From a virus (taxonomy: Duplodnaviria > Caudoviricetes): DNA of 64,000 nt. The stretch is from IMG/VR virus record IMGVR_UViG_3300028603_000034, positions 11,147 to 75,146 of that record. The stretch is one strand, 5' to 3'. The translations under genes were made by a program, and so were the position numbers. The notes under the pieces were generated by a model. That model was given only the letters and a program-made list of their open reading frames with translations. It made no database searches and was not told the origin of the DNA. This document shows, in pieces, positions 36,446 to 47,529 of this stretch. Position 1 is the stretch's first letter, and every line of letters begins with the position of its first letter.

Positions 36446-39145
36446 TTATATTTTTCTAGTATATATTTCCCAATTCATAGAACCTCTTATCGTTCTATTA
36501 GAACCATCTGAATATTGAACATTACTCTGATATACTATTGGTCTATAAGAACTAACAGATGAACCATCCAACCTACGCATATTAATAGTTCCAAAATTAG
36601 TACTGTCAAATTGTGACCTTCCAAAATCATTCCTATTCACAACCAACCCACCATCCCTATTACGGTAAGATACAATTGATCCATTACTATGTTCTTTATG
36701 TTCAAAAATTATATCATTTGATGTAGTTACACCTCGTAAAACAGAAATTAAATCATCATTTTGATCTACACCAATTTCTAACAATTTTGCAATTATAAAA
36801 TAATTAAATCCTCTCAACGAATATATCAAACTTCCTGATCTATTCTGTTTACTTTTACTTCTAGCAATCCATCTAATATTATTAATAACAATTTTATCTA
36901 CTATAGTTCTTTTTTGTACAATAGTTTCTTTATTATTCACGAGAATATAATAATCTATTTCAAATCCTGTACCATCTAAACACCAATTCGATAATCCTAT
37001 TCCTTTTTTTTGATCTGAGTTTAAATCATCCATATTGTAAGCACCATCCAAATATACATTAATTGTTTCATTTTCTATCAATGATCCAATATCAATAAAG
37101 TCAGTAGGTATATTTGTAAAATCAACTCCAAAAAAATCATTTCTTGAATTTTGAAATCTTTTTAATATAGATGATTGATCAGAATCACTTCTATGAAAAC
37201 ATACCAAACTATCATATCTAGTTGTTTCCGGACCCGATAAATGTAATCCACCATCCCTAATATATAATTTTTTTACATATATAATTTCATCATCTTCGGT
37301 AGGTGGTAATTGTATACCTATATTATGTATTCTATTTTCTTGTTCTAATATTGCATCTAAATTTCTTGTTACTATTTGAAATTTTTCATCAAATAATTCT
37401 TCTTTATTAACATTAGTAACAGTTTCTTGAGTAGGAACAAAAAATAAATCATCATTATCTTCATTTACTATAATATTAGAACTCCAATCAAATTCATCGA
37501 CAATATTAATAGCCTGTATATTTGTTGGTGTTATTTGCAATTTTTTATGTTTTCCACCTGTAATATATTTAATATTTTCAATTGGAATCTCTACTTGTAT
37601 TCCTGTAGAAATTAACTCATTATTAATATCTATTGTTGTAGTATACACAATATAAGAATTTTCCATTATTTTATATAAAATAAAAATGTCCCACAAATTA
37701 TTATCATTAATAGCAAAAACGTATGAATCTACCTTATTAAAAAATGATAATTTACTAATAGTACCTTCACCTAATTGCATATCAATTGTCTTGATATTAT
37801 CACTATCAATATTATTTGTGTATACAAAATTCCATCTATTAAATATATCACCAAGATTATCCACATTAATAGGAATTAACGAATTGTGAATATTTATAGG
37901 TCTATTCACAATATTTCTAAGTGATCGTACATATAGTTCATTTATACCTTGATTTGATTGTCCTAAATCAATATTAGTTCTCATTGGGATTAAACTATTT
38001 TGAACTTTAATTTCATCAGTTGATTTAATTTGAATATCTTCTATTGAGGATATTCTTATTTTCTTATTACTATCAATAGATAAATCTAAATCTGTATAAT
38101 TTTTTAAATTTCCAAAGATATTACTATTCACATATACATCTATATTATCTAATGTAAATATTTTATCTTGTCCATCAAATTTAATATTATTACCTTCATT
38201 GTCATCCATATCAAATACATTATCTAATAGGTATAGATGATTCCATCTATTATTATTTTTACCTATTCCATATTCATCATCGTATTTTGGATATATAGTA
38301 TTATTTGTTTCTAAATAATAATTATCCAATTCTGTAACTATTCTAAAATCAGTTCTTTGTTTTTCATAATCTTCATCTAAGAATCCTAATGATATTAAAT
38401 TATACGAATCATCAGTAGATGACGATAGTAACTTAGTAAAACTATCTTTCTTACTGTCACCTTGATATATATATTTTCTTCTATCATTTATAGAAGTAGT
38501 TTTTGATATGTATACAGAACCATCAAATGATATTATTTTATCTCCTCCCAAAGTCCAATAACTTCCTTCATCTGTATATGGTAAAGGATCATAGTTAATA
38601 GAATCGGTATTATTATCAATAACAAAATCTAATAATAAAGAATCATTACCACTATCTATTTGAATAGGTTCATTATAAATACAATATCCAAACAAAAAAG
38701 GTTCGGATGGAATTGTCTCATTTGAAATTGCATCTGGTTTACTTCCTAATAAAACACCATATAGTGCTATTTTATTTACTTTTATACTACCATACGTATC
38801 TATGATATCTTGATTTAATGTAATACTCGTATCAATAGTATAAACACTTTTATTTTTATTATTCTCGGTTAATGTTTGATATCCAATACCTAAAAACAAA
38901 TTTTTATTTCGTGGGTATTTCATATTTGTAGGTTGTTCTCTCCAGTAAATAATATCATCATTACCGTCACCAATTGATACATCTTTACTTTCCAAATCAA
39001 CAACATCTGAAATATCAGTATCTTTTTCTATTCTAGAATCAAACATTGGAAGATAATACATTAAACGTATTTTTATTCCAAATTCATGTGATTCATTAAT
39101 TTTATTTACACCATTAGTAACTATTATAGCATTTGTTGGTTGCAT
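36446..39145 (-). CDS. Tail fibre-like protein
   Basis: N-terminal AIIVTNGVNKI collar-fibre-like start; repeated P...LG....RW..LY fibre motifs; paralogous to 39183-40697. Confidence 0.65.
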   Translation of the reverse strand: MQPTNAIIVTNGVNKINESHEFGIKIRLMYYLPMFDSRIEKDTDISDVVDLESKDVSIGDGNDDIIYWREQPTNMKYPRNKNLFLGIGYQTLTENNKNKSVYTIDTSITLNQDIIDTYGSIKVNKIALYGVLLGSKPDAISNETIPSEPFLFGYCIYNEPIQIDSGNDSLLLDFVIDNNTDSINYDPLPYTDEGSYWTLGGDKIISFDGSVYISKTTSINDRRKYIYQGDSKKDSFTKLLSSSTDDSYNLISLGFLDEDYEKQRTDFRIVTELDNYYLETNNTIYPKYDDEYGIGKNNNRWNHLYLLDNVFDMDDNEGNNIKFDGQDKIFTLDNIDVYVNSNIFGNLKNYTDLDLSIDSNKKIRISSIEDIQIKSTDEIKVQNSLIPMRTNIDLGQSNQGINELYVRSLRNIVNRPINIHNSLIPINVDNLGDIFNRWNFVYTNNIDSDNIKTIDMQLGEGTISKLSFFNKVDSYVFAINDNNLWDIFILYKIMENSYIVYTTTIDINNELISTGIQVEIPIENIKYITGGKHKKLQITPTNIQAINIVDEFDWSSNIIVNEDNDDLFFVPTQETVTNVNKEELFDEKFQIVTRNLDAILEQENRIHNIGIQLPPTEDDEIIYVKKLYIRDGGLHLSGPETTRYDSLVCFHRSDSDQSSILKRFQNSRNDFFGVDFTNIPTDFIDIGSLIENETINVYLDGAYNMDDLNSDQKKGIGLSNWCLDGTGFEIDYYILVNNKETIVQKRTIVDKIVINNIRWIARSKSKQNRSGSLIYSLRGFNYFIIAKLLEIGVDQNDDLISVLRGVTTSNDIIFEHKEHSNGSIVSYRNRDGGLVVNRNDFGRSQFDSTNFGTINMRRLDGSSVSSYRPIVYQSNVQYSDGSNRTIRGSMNWEIYTRKI

Positions 39146-39182
39146 TATTAATATCCTATTATAAAATATTCAATTGTTATAA

Positions 39183-40697
39183 TTATACTATCTGTATATC
39201 TTCTACATAAAAATTCTGTACGGGATTATCAATAGTACCAATAGTTAGGTTATTACCCCATATATTTTCAGCATCTAAAGTTAATTCATTATCCCCATCA
39301 GTTATTAACATTCTAACCGATACATCTATATTATCTCCAACTAAATTACCACATATAATTGAAATACTATCGATGTTTGTTACATATAATTGTTGCCATC
39401 TATTATTGGACGTACCTAAATTAATATTTCCAGCTGGAATCAAATTATTATAGACAAATAAATTATTATCATCTCTATTACTTATTATATTATCTACAAA
39501 TATACTAAACCAACTATTATCAATAGAACCAAAACTAATATTAGTCCTTGTTGGAATAATATTATTATCTACTCTAATATTTCTATTATTCCCTGCTCTT
39601 ATTTCAACATCCTCTCCAGACTTAATTATCATCCCATTATCACTTTCTATTAATAAATCTTGATCAGGATAATTATGTAAATTTCCGTGAAAATATTTAT
39701 TACTAAAAATATCTACATTATGAAAAATTGCTTTCTGTTCTACTAAATCAAATTTAATAAATGAATTATCATTAACATCTATCGGAGCATATTTACCCTC
39801 ATTCAATTCCACATTAATATTTTCATTATATATTTCAAATACATCAGATAAATATAAATGATTCCATCTTCTATTAGACAATCCCAAACCAGGAGTCAAT
39901 CCATTTTGTTTTGGAATTAACGAATAATTCGATTCATTACAAGCACCATAAAAATCTAATTCACAATTTCCCTCTGATGTTGTTCTAAATGTTGTTCTTA
40001 TTCTTCTACCATCTTGATGTACAAATTGTAAACAAAGTTGTGGCATGTCTCTTTCTCTACTTGGATTCTCACCATTAATTGTATGTTTTGTTGAAACAAA
40101 CAATTTAGAAATTCCCACATCATCAGAATCAAATTGATTGTTTATATGTACTTCACCATCATATAGAATACCAAATTTATCATCGTGTTCATTTATAATA
40201 CGAACCCAAAAATCTTCCGATGATGAATAGAAAATTTCTCTAAAATCTACTGATAAATTAGATTCTAATTGAAAATCTATTGTTACATCTCCACCATACT
40301 GAGAAGCTCCACTAGTCTCTAATGTAATAGTTTGAGGAATCATTAATTGAGCAAATAAAGTTTCATCTTCGGTATATAATGCTACTTTGTTAAATGTAAT
40401 ATTATAATCCGGTCTAACAGTTACTTTAAAATTACCCCTCGATTGATCAACATCATCAACTATTGGTGAATATGAAATTCCCTCATAAAAACCAGAACTT
40501 GTTGTTGGTTCTTTCCATAATATCGTTCCTTCTGGTTCCGTTGAAGCAGAACTAACATAATCAAGTATATCAACAGCCGTAGTGGGTATACTATCATCAT
40601 AAACAGGAACATAATATTTAATTTTTATAAATTCACCTGTTGTATGGTCGGATATCTTATTAATTCCAGCACTTGTTATAATGGCATATTGAGCCAT
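39183..40697 (-). CDS. Tail (collar) fibre-like protein
   Basis: AIITSAGINKI, FNKVALYTEDETLFA, repeated GLSNRRWNHLY / GTSNNRWQQLY; TATAAATA at 40729-40736. Confidence 0.7.
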   Translation of the reverse strand: MAQYAIITSAGINKISDHTTGEFIKIKYYVPVYDDSIPTTAVDILDYVSSASTEPEGTILWKEPTTSSGFYEGISYSPIVDDVDQSRGNFKVTVRPDYNITFNKVALYTEDETLFAQLMIPQTITLETSGASQYGGDVTIDFQLESNLSVDFREIFYSSSEDFWVRIINEHDDKFGILYDGEVHINNQFDSDDVGISKLFVSTKHTINGENPSRERDMPQLCLQFVHQDGRRIRTTFRTTSEGNCELDFYGACNESNYSLIPKQNGLTPGLGLSNRRWNHLYLSDVFEIYNENINVELNEGKYAPIDVNDNSFIKFDLVEQKAIFHNVDIFSNKYFHGNLHNYPDQDLLIESDNGMIIKSGEDVEIRAGNNRNIRVDNNIIPTRTNISFGSIDNSWFSIFVDNIISNRDDNNLFVYNNLIPAGNINLGTSNNRWQQLYVTNIDSISIICGNLVGDNIDVSVRMLITDGDNELTLDAENIWGNNLTIGTIDNPVQNFYVEDIQIV

Positions 40698-40739
40698 AAT
40701 CTATCTCCTCGTTCAAACAATTCATATATATTTATATTA

Positions 40740-41963
40740 TTATTCGTTTCTCAAAACAATATGTCTTTTCACATTAATAAAAGGAAAAACATATTTTTTT
40801 GTTTCTTTTCTAGTATAACCAGCAATACCATCAAATACAGTATTTATTGGTTTTATAGACAGTACTGCATTTTTTATATTTGTCTGTCTATCCTTTTCTG
40901 ATAGTAAACCTACACTATCATCTATCGAATACCATAATTTAAAATGTGGAGTCGAAACATATGGATTATCACCTGCATCAACATTACGAATATTAGAAAT
41001 ATCTTCTGTTGTTGTTTTCGATCCTAAATTTCTTGGCAATGTTAATATCCAATTTTCAAAATTAATACCCGTTAAATTAACATTTTGATCTGGTATAGTT
41101 CCATTCTCCAATAATAAACCAAATGAAATTATACATATTTGTTTATATAATTCTTTAAATGTAATATCAGATGACAATATATCATCATTCTCTATACCCC
41201 TAATAACATCCAACATAGAATCATCTATTGTTGGGTCTTTATAATCAGTAGTATAATAATAAACAAAATCTCCAATTAAACCAAAACTAAATAACATCAT
41301 TTGAACTGCATTTCTAGTAGTCTTTATTTTATACCATTCGGGTAAATTTCTAATAATAAATCTCAAATACTTATCTCTATTTGCATTAGATTCAAATTGT
41401 TGTTTTAGTAATTGTTCTGCTGATGTTTCATACGATTGTATATCAGCAGAAGTTAAAAAATATTGACCTATATCTTCTCTACTCAATCCAACAGAATATC
41501 CCAAGTTATTAGCATAATGTTGAATTAATTCTATTGGTATTAAGTCTGGATCGATCAAATCAGAAAGTCTATGAATCTTTTCTAATATTGAAATTCTTCC
41601 AGATTGAGGAACACATTGATTAGTAAATTCAATTGATGCAACTTCTTCTGTAAATGTATCATGTGTAGAACTATCAATACGATATGTCCCAATCACAGGA
41701 CTCAATGCACACGAAGATGTTTCAATATCACAAGCAGTAACATCTATTGGATTTTCTTCTAATAATAATCCACATTCCCCTTCATACATCTCATTTAAAT
41801 ATTCATTAAAAACTTCAAATAATTGTTGCACTTGACTATCTTGCAAATATTCAGGCAAATATTGTACTATATCTATAAATCTACATTTACCAAATCTAAT
41901 AGGTTGTTGTGGACCAAATAGTCGAATCCAATTCTCTTTTAATCTTTGTGCTACTTTATTCAT
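40740..41963 (-). CDS. Baseplate wedge protein (gp7/P2-gpI-like)
   Basis: DLIDPDLIPIELIQHYANNLG, LPEWYKIKTTRNAVQMMLFSFG, IKPINTVF. Confidence 0.7.
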   Translation of the reverse strand: MNKVAQRLKENWIRLFGPQQPIRFGKCRFIDIVQYLPEYLQDSQVQQLFEVFNEYLNEMYEGECGLLLEENPIDVTACDIETSSCALSPVIGTYRIDSSTHDTFTEEVASIEFTNQCVPQSGRISILEKIHRLSDLIDPDLIPIELIQHYANNLGYSVGLSREDIGQYFLTSADIQSYETSAEQLLKQQFESNANRDKYLRFIIRNLPEWYKIKTTRNAVQMMLFSFGLIGDFVYYYTTDYKDPTIDDSMLDVIRGIENDDILSSDITFKELYKQICIISFGLLLENGTIPDQNVNLTGINFENWILTLPRNLGSKTTTEDISNIRNVDAGDNPYVSTPHFKLWYSIDDSVGLLSEKDRQTNIKNAVLSIKPINTVFDGIAGYTRKETKKYVFPFINVKRHIVLRNE

Positions 41964-41968
41964 ATATT

Positions 41969-43309
41969 TTATTCCTTTGGTACATAAATTACTTGTAATC
42001 TAACATCAAAAGATTCTCCATGATGTCCACAATAAATATGTTGAATTGTATCATTTGGATTCTCAATATCACCATATTCTCTTACTGCTGATATTTGAGG
42101 ATTGTTACCATAATCAAAAAACCATATAAATTCAGAAACATCACACGCACTCAAACACGCAACATTAGGAATGTAATCTTTTGCTTGGAAATTAACTACC
42201 AATGGAGAAGTACCAAATCTAACATCAGAATCAAAATTAGCCCATACACAAATAACACCCCTCGTATCAACCTCTAATACCTCAAGCTCTAATGTAGGAA
42301 TATCTAATATGTCATTAGATACAGAAACTCCTATATCCATAACTTCAATTTCTAATATAGGAACTTCTATATCAATTTCTATATTTTCATAATCTGGACC
42401 AAAATAAAAAGAACCTATGTGACCTCGATTCTCTTCATCGGATTCTTTGAAAAAATTAAAAGCACCTCTTCCTATTCTTTGATTTTCATAGAAACCAATA
42501 TCAATCCCATCGTCTAACCAAATAGAGCTTCTGTCATCAGTAGTAGTAACTGTAACACCATAATCATCATATATGATATTATCAGCAGATATTGAATCAA
42601 TATTTGGAAGTGTTTCTAGTGGAACCCAATCATAATCATTTTCAAATAAAATAACATCAGATGCTGATAATTCTGATTCAATATCTTGTTGTGAATCTGT
42701 AAATGTATTATATTGAAAATTAAATGCTGCTGTATCAACTCCAAGATCAGAAACCATCGAATCTATAAATACACAGTCATAAAAATTAAAAGTAGAAGCA
42801 TATGCTGAAACAGGATATTCAATCATATCAAATGGATTAACGTCATTAAAAGTACATCCATTAAAATCTATAGTAATATTTTCACTATTTAATTGATTAT
42901 ATATAATACAATTTTTCATTTTAATCGTATTAATTTTATTAGTAGTAGATGGATCATCAAAATAAATACTATCAAAAATTCCATTTTGTATAGTAATTTC
43001 TGAATTATTCATATTATAAATAATATTCAAGTAAGGATTTGAATCTATCTTAAAAAAATATGGTTCGTTATCTTCCCAAGATGTTATTGTTATATTTGTA
43101 TATGTTGTTGCTATAAATGGTAACGAAGATGCGTCTGTTCTTGTTCCTTTTAATCTTAAAACATCCCCATCTTGTAGTTGAACTCCATCAAGTGTTCCAC
43201 CTGATATTAATTGCATAAACATACCCCAATCACCAGGATTATTAATAGTTAAATATGGTGGTGGTCCTAATATAAAATTATTATCTATATTAAAATAATA
43301 TGTTGACAT
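41969..43309 (-). CDS. Virion structural protein (beta-helix-like, C-terminal PKD-like)
   Basis: MSTYYFN; GTSPLVVNF...FIWFFDYG...HIY...FDVRL. Confidence 0.6.
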   Translation of the reverse strand: MSTYYFNIDNNFILGPPPYLTINNPGDWGMFMQLISGGTLDGVQLQDGDVLRLKGTRTDASSLPFIATTYTNITITSWEDNEPYFFKIDSNPYLNIIYNMNNSEITIQNGIFDSIYFDDPSTTNKINTIKMKNCIIYNQLNSENITIDFNGCTFNDVNPFDMIEYPVSAYASTFNFYDCVFIDSMVSDLGVDTAAFNFQYNTFTDSQQDIESELSASDVILFENDYDWVPLETLPNIDSISADNIIYDDYGVTVTTTDDRSSIWLDDGIDIGFYENQRIGRGAFNFFKESDEENRGHIGSFYFGPDYENIEIDIEVPILEIEVMDIGVSVSNDILDIPTLELEVLEVDTRGVICVWANFDSDVRFGTSPLVVNFQAKDYIPNVACLSACDVSEFIWFFDYGNNPQISAVREYGDIENPNDTIQHIYCGHHGESFDVRLQVIYVPKE

Positions 43310-43313
43310 TTAT

Positions 43314-43877
43314 TTATCCTTTGTGTTTATATTTTTTAACATCTATAAATTTACAATCATATTTAGATATAAGTTTTCTACTATTAAGAATCCGTAAAAT
43401 CCAACTATGAGGTATATTAGGATAATCTTTAATATTAAGAATACAATATTTTAACGCATCCCCGAAAAATTTTTTATCACCATACATCAAATAACAATCA
43501 TATTTCTTACCAAAATTAGACAAATAAACAATACCTTTTTCAAAAATAAGATCATCTAATAAAGTAATATCACAATCCAAATACAACACGTCATCGTTTT
43601 TTGATAAATAGTCTAATCTTATTATATCAGATTTATAACAATATCCTTTGGTTGTATTTTGTATTTTTTTCCAAACAAAATCGATATCACTATTCTGTTT
43701 TATTTCTTTAATATAATCATTACTGTTAATCCAAGTAATATTCTTATCTTTTAAAAAATTAGTATTAGATATTAAAATATATTCATCATTATCACTTACT
43801 CTATCCAAAACAGATTTCATACAATCCAATATATATTTATTTGGTTTTTTTCCTAACCATATCTGCAAATATTTCAA
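43314..43877 (-). CDS. DxD glycosyltransferase (GT32/capsular-polysaccharide-synthesis-like)
   Basis: QIWLG...CMKSV, KSDIIRLDYL...VLYLDCD; TATAAATA at 43908-43915. Confidence 0.8.
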   Translation of the reverse strand: MKYLQIWLGKKPNKYILDCMKSVLDRVSDNDEYILISNTNFLKDKNITWINSNDYIKEIKQNSDIDFVWKKIQNTTKGYCYKSDIIRLDYLSKNDDVLYLDCDITLLDDLIFEKGIVYLSNFGKKYDCYLMYGDKKFFGDALKYCILNIKDYPNIPHSWILRILNSRKLISKYDCKFIDVKKYKHKG

Positions 43878-43910
43878 AACAAATCTCCAATATTTTAAGT
43901 TTATATGTAT

Positions 43911-44879
43911 TTATATAAATCCATCATATTTATTCATACAGTTGATACTACAATATTTGGTGCAATTAGTTATAATATTTTCATTTTTTTTATCATACCA
44001 AAAATCTTTTAATTCATCAAATGTATTAATTTTTTTCTTAATAATATTATGTGAACACAAACTAATAGATATCTCACCCTCGTTATTTAATTGAATCAAC
44101 TTATAATCACAATTATTAGGAAAAACATATCCACGTCTACGTTCTTTTGGTGATAAAAAAGTTTGATTAGAAATATTAAAATATTCAAGTATATGATTTA
44201 TTTTATCATTACACAAATAAGATTGATATCTATTTTTATAGGTATTTAATACTTCATTTAATTTATCAACATCTTTAATAAACAAATCAGAAAATTTAAA
44301 TCTATTTATATCCGAATATTTAAAATTTGGTTCAATAACAGAAAATCTTGGAAATATACCTAACTCATCACAAAAATCACAATAATCTATGAAATGATCC
44401 AAATTCTTAGATGACAATGATAAGTTAGTATGCACTTTGATATTTTCATCTAATAAATGATTTATACTTTTAATTGCTAATGAATATGAATTTTTATTAC
44501 CTCTTAATTTATTATGAACTTCTTCAATATGTGAATCTAATGATATGATAACACATTCAACCTTACCCTTTAATGATTTAGAAATTTCTTTATTTATCAA
44601 TGTTCCATTACTAAACAATAAGAATTTTAATTTTTTCTCGAATACATAGTTAATAATATTCATATAATTATTATTTAATAACGGTTCCCCACCGTGAAAT
44701 AATACATAACCATCAGGATTCAATTTACTAAACCAATCAACTACTTTAAATATTTTATCATTAGACAATAATAATTTTTCATTTAATGTATGAATATCAC
44801 AGTGTTTACATTTTAAATTACATTGATGTCCTATTGGAATCCACAAAATTTTAGGAGTATTCATATCAAATCCAATCAA
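43911..44879 (-). CDS. Radical SAM protein (SPASM/twitch-like)
   Basis: CNLKCKHC, FHGGEPLL, SNGTLI, ISLDS, HNKLRG; C-terminal cysteines. Confidence 0.85.
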   Translation of the reverse strand: MIGFDMNTPKILWIPIGHQCNLKCKHCDIHTLNEKLLLSNDKIFKVVDWFSKLNPDGYVLFHGGEPLLNNNYMNIINYVFEKKLKFLLFSNGTLINKEISKSLKGKVECVIISLDSHIEEVHNKLRGNKNSYSLAIKSINHLLDENIKVHTNLSLSSKNLDHFIDYCDFCDELGIFPRFSVIEPNFKYSDINRFKFSDLFIKDVDKLNEVLNTYKNRYQSYLCNDKINHILEYFNISNQTFLSPKERRRGYVFPNNCDYKLIQLNNEGEISISLCSHNIIKKKINTFDELKDFWYDKKNENIITNCTKYCSINCMNKYDGFI

Positions 44880-46075
44880 TAAATTATATTATTATTACTT
44901 ATACTAACGTATGTTTTCATTACTTTTTTAAAGTCTTGCATTGCTTTATTACAATTACATTTATTATAAGAATCTATTATTTTCTTATAAGTATTTCTAG
45001 CAAAAAATAATTGTAAATATTTCTTACTTTCGGAGGTATTCAAATAATCAAATTTAATTTTGTTAGAATTTACCAATAAATCGTATATAGTACTACCTTT
45101 AACAATATTTATATTATTTGTATCGAAATATGACATATACAAACCATTTTGCATAGAACATAATGAAGTATCTAGTAGTACATCTGTTTGAATTATAGTA
45201 TCGGAATAAGTATTATCAAATTCTATTAATTTTTTCAATTTGTGTGATAATGCATCAAAAATTCTTTTATTCTTTCTTGATCTAATACGTACTCTTGTTT
45301 TATGATATTTATGTTCAACAAAACTTTTATTAGAACAAGAAAATATATATCCATTAGTCACAAACAATAATAACCCAATAAAATTATCCTCATACCCCCA
45401 AGTACCATCAAATCTACTGTTAAAAATTTGATCTTCTTTCGTTGTAGATATTCTATTATTAATATTAATACACAAATCTATTGCTTTTTTATTCATAGAT
45501 AAATTACAAGAATGTGTTGCAACAAAATCTTTATGATATATTAATGAATGTAATAACTTTCCATTTCTATTACTAAATATAACATCTCTAGTATCTTTTT
45601 CATTCATTAAATTATTATAATCAGTATCCCTTCTATCTCCAACATCTATACCATTTTTATCGTATGCTTTTCTTCTACCACAAGAAACCGATGGAGCATC
45701 TATTCGATTCAAATTTTCTATATGTTCACTTATTACATATCTATTAGGAATACAATCACCATCCATAAATAAAACTTTATCAGGAATACCATATCGACTT
45801 TTATAAACAGAAAAACCAAAATTTCGTGTATTTCCAGCAGAAAAATTTTTACCAGTTTTTTTCTCAACATAATCAATAGGAATAGATGATTTGATTGATT
45901 TTATAATATCTAAAGAATTATCGGTACATCTATCCAATATAAAAAAAATCATAGAGGGTTTTATAATCTGAGATTCAAACCCCTCTACAATATCCAAAAT
46001 ATAAGATGATTGATTGTGTGTAGGTATTAAACAAATCATATTATAACACATCACAAATTGTTCCAGTATTTTCAC
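44876..46075 (-). CDS. Glycosyltransferase family 2 (galactosyltransferase-like C-terminus)
   Basis: LIPTHNQ, ILDRCTD, SAGNTRNFG, FMDGDCIP, SCNLS, WGYED. Confidence 0.85.
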   Translation of the reverse strand: MKILEQFVMCYNMICLIPTHNQSSYILDIVEGFESQIIKPSMIFFILDRCTDNSLDIIKSIKSSIPIDYVEKKTGKNFSAGNTRNFGFSVYKSRYGIPDKVLFMDGDCIPNRYVISEHIENLNRIDAPSVSCGRRKAYDKNGIDVGDRRDTDYNNLMNEKDTRDVIFSNRNGKLLHSLIYHKDFVATHSCNLSMNKKAIDLCININNRISTTKEDQIFNSRFDGTWGYEDNFIGLLLFVTNGYIFSCSNKSFVEHKYHKTRVRIRSRKNKRIFDALSHKLKKLIEFDNTYSDTIIQTDVLLDTSLCSMQNGLYMSYFDTNNINIVKGSTIYDLLVNSNKIKFDYLNTSESKKYLQLFFARNTYKKIIDSYNKCNCNKAMQDFKKVMKTYVSISNNNIIY

Positions 46076-46637
46076 CTGTAGAATCTAATATAAACCATTT
46101 TTTATTAGAGTTCTCATCCTTAGAACACATTAACGAAACAAAACCATAACTAGATAAATCCATTATAAGATTATTTGTAGTATTACTTGTTGTGTCTACG
46201 TTTGGATATATAAACAATTCTGATGGGGCTACATTATCCGATAATTCTATTCCAATTACAAATCTATCTTCTCCACCTTTCTCAGGATCTCCAGTTAATA
46301 CTATCTTTAATTCATAACCAAAATCAAAATTATTTGCCGATGGTAATGAAAGAAAGTAATAAACGGGGCTATTATCAAATTCACTTTGAAAATTATCTGG
46401 ATCGACTAATACCAAATCATAAAACTCATTTTCAACATCAACAAAATCATATCTAAAATGATAGATTGAATTTGATGAACAATCTAGAAATGTAGGACCA
46501 ACAAAACTATTAGCATCTAATTCTAATACATTTCTTCTTTTTATTTTATAACTTTGAAAATTTGTTGATATCTCAAAATAATCATCATTATTTTTTATTT
46601 TTTTCTCATTTAATTGACTTATTTTAATACCATGCAT
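46041..46637 (-). CDS. Virion-associated hypothetical protein
   Basis: GIKISQL N-terminus typical of fibre/baseplate proteins. Confidence 0.6.
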   Translation of the reverse strand: MHGIKISQLNEKKIKNNDDYFEISTNFQSYKIKRRNVLELDANSFVGPTFLDCSSNSIYHFRYDFVDVENEFYDLVLVDPDNFQSEFDNSPVYYFLSLPSANNFDFGYELKIVLTGDPEKGGEDRFVIGIELSDNVAPSELFIYPNVDTTSNTTNNLIMDLSSYGFVSLMCSKDENSNKKWFILDSTGENTGTICDVL

Positions 46638-46655
46638 ACGTTACATCTCCTTTAA

Positions 46656-47513
46656 TTAATCATCCTCTATGATCCTAATAGTATCATCTTCGATAACTCT
46701 TCTAACTTCATCTTCTGTTATTCTAGAATTTAAAAACATACCACATTCATTAAGATAATCTATTCTTGGATATCCAAATAAACCAGTCTCATAATCTTTA
46801 TATTCAGGAAACCCATATCCAGGATTAGCAGGACAGAATATATTGTCGAATGGTTCTAAGTCTTTTCTATTTTTAATAACATAAACAATATCTTGATTAT
46901 AAAAATCATTTGTTCTCCAGAAAGGAAAGTCACTATCCTCCATTATATCATCCGGTCCCCAATCAAATTGATTTCTATAATGATCGTTTTCAACTTCATA
47001 AGACTTATTATATCTACTATTTACTGTATCTGCATCATCTATAAAAACAGTGCCTATAAAATTAATATCTGGTATGTTTGTGATGTTAGGAACATCATAA
47101 AAAGTATCAACGATTGTTGCATAGACTTCTGGTGAATTTTTATCTATTCCTACATTCTCATAATTAATACCAGTGCCAAAACATCTTGAGTTATCTAATA
47201 CTCTATAATTACTTATATTATCAATATCAAGAGATGAATTATGAAATATTCGTATCAATGGATCGATATCAACAACATTATAATAACTGTTATCAAAATC
47301 ATCCAACACATAAAGACCACCAGTTATAATTACAAAATTAGTACCAAAATTATATATCCAATTATAATCAATAATACCAGCATCCATAGTGATAATCAAA
47401 GCATATCCACCAGGGTTATTTGAATTATTATAAATGATATTATTAGATATCTCAATAAAAGATTCATTTGATTGTGAACTTACAATTATTGCTGAATTAT
47501 CTGACATAATCAT
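46656..47513 (-). CDS. Virion structural protein
   Basis: ISNNIIYNN beta-helix remnant; DPL...YRVLDNSRCFGTG. Confidence 0.6.
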   Translation of the reverse strand: MIMSDNSAIIVSSQSNESFIEISNNIIYNNSNNPGGYALIITMDAGIIDYNWIYNFGTNFVIITGGLYVLDDFDNSYYNVVDIDPLIRIFHNSSLDIDNISNYRVLDNSRCFGTGINYENVGIDKNSPEVYATIVDTFYDVPNITNIPDINFIGTVFIDDADTVNSRYNKSYEVENDHYRNQFDWGPDDIMEDSDFPFWRTNDFYNQDIVYVIKNRKDLEPFDNIFCPANPGYGFPEYKDYETGLFGYPRIDYLNECGMFLNSRITEDEVRRVIEDDTIRIIEDD

Positions 47514-47529
47514 TTCCTATTTAAAATTC

